Assembly: GCF_009914755.1 (NCBI RefSeq)
Contig: NC_060930.1
Source: the human T2T-CHM13v2.0 reference genome, Homo sapiens
Length of the DNA stretch: 64,000 nucleotides
Direction: 5' to 3' (one strand)
In this document: piece after piece, positions 63,738 through 64,000 of the stretch
Layout of the letters: the number at the start of each line of letters is the position of its first letter
Position numbering within the stretch: the stretch's first letter is position 1
Made by a program: the position numbers and the translations under genes
Notes under the pieces: model-generated
Database searches by the model: none
What the model saw: only the letters and a program-made list of their open reading frames with translations
Told to the model about the DNA's origin: nothing

Positions 63738-64000
63738 GGCCAAGTGCAGTGGCTCATGCCTGTAATCTCAGCACTTTGGGAGGTCAAGGAGGGAGGATCA
63801 CCTGAGCCCAGGAGTTTGAGACCAACCTGGGCAACAAAGTGAGACCCCTATCTCTACAAAAAAATTAAAAAAATCAGCTAGGTGTGGTGGTGTGCATCTG
63901 CAGTCCCAGCTACTCAGGAGGCTGAGGTAGGAGGACTGCTTGAACCCAGGAGGTCAAGGCTGCAGTGAGCCGTGATGATGTTGCTACTGCACTCCAGCCT
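63738..64000 (+). mobile_element. AluJ, cut by the window end
   Basis: ggccaagtgcagtggctcatgcc...gcactccagcct. Confidence 0.92.

Overview
Human-type (Alu/L1/L2/MIR-rich) genomic DNA carrying the 3' end of AHI1 (Jouberin) on the minus strand. Four coding exons lie at 49449-49611 (SH3 domain), 44807-44904, 26788-26846 and 16711-16813. The terminal exon begins at 11935 with the TAA stop as its first three bases and continues as a 3' UTR with tandem poly(A) signals. Most of the remainder is intronic or intergenic repeat. Main observations: (1) the last coding exon appears to be exonised antisense L2 reverse-transcriptase sequence, with its 3' splice site at an L2 orientation flip; (2) a dense GATA/RUNX/MYB/ETS/E-box/RBPJ motif cluster overlaps the SH3 exon's polypyrimidine tract, a candidate haematopoietic enhancer; (3) two tailless small-RNA retrocopies (5S rRNA and U2) with target-site duplications lie about 1 kb apart; (4) a multi-level transposon nest at 52-59 kb may split a fossil LTR-retroelement pol. 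Repeat family calls are by eye against remembered consensus sequences, and repeat boundaries are approximate.
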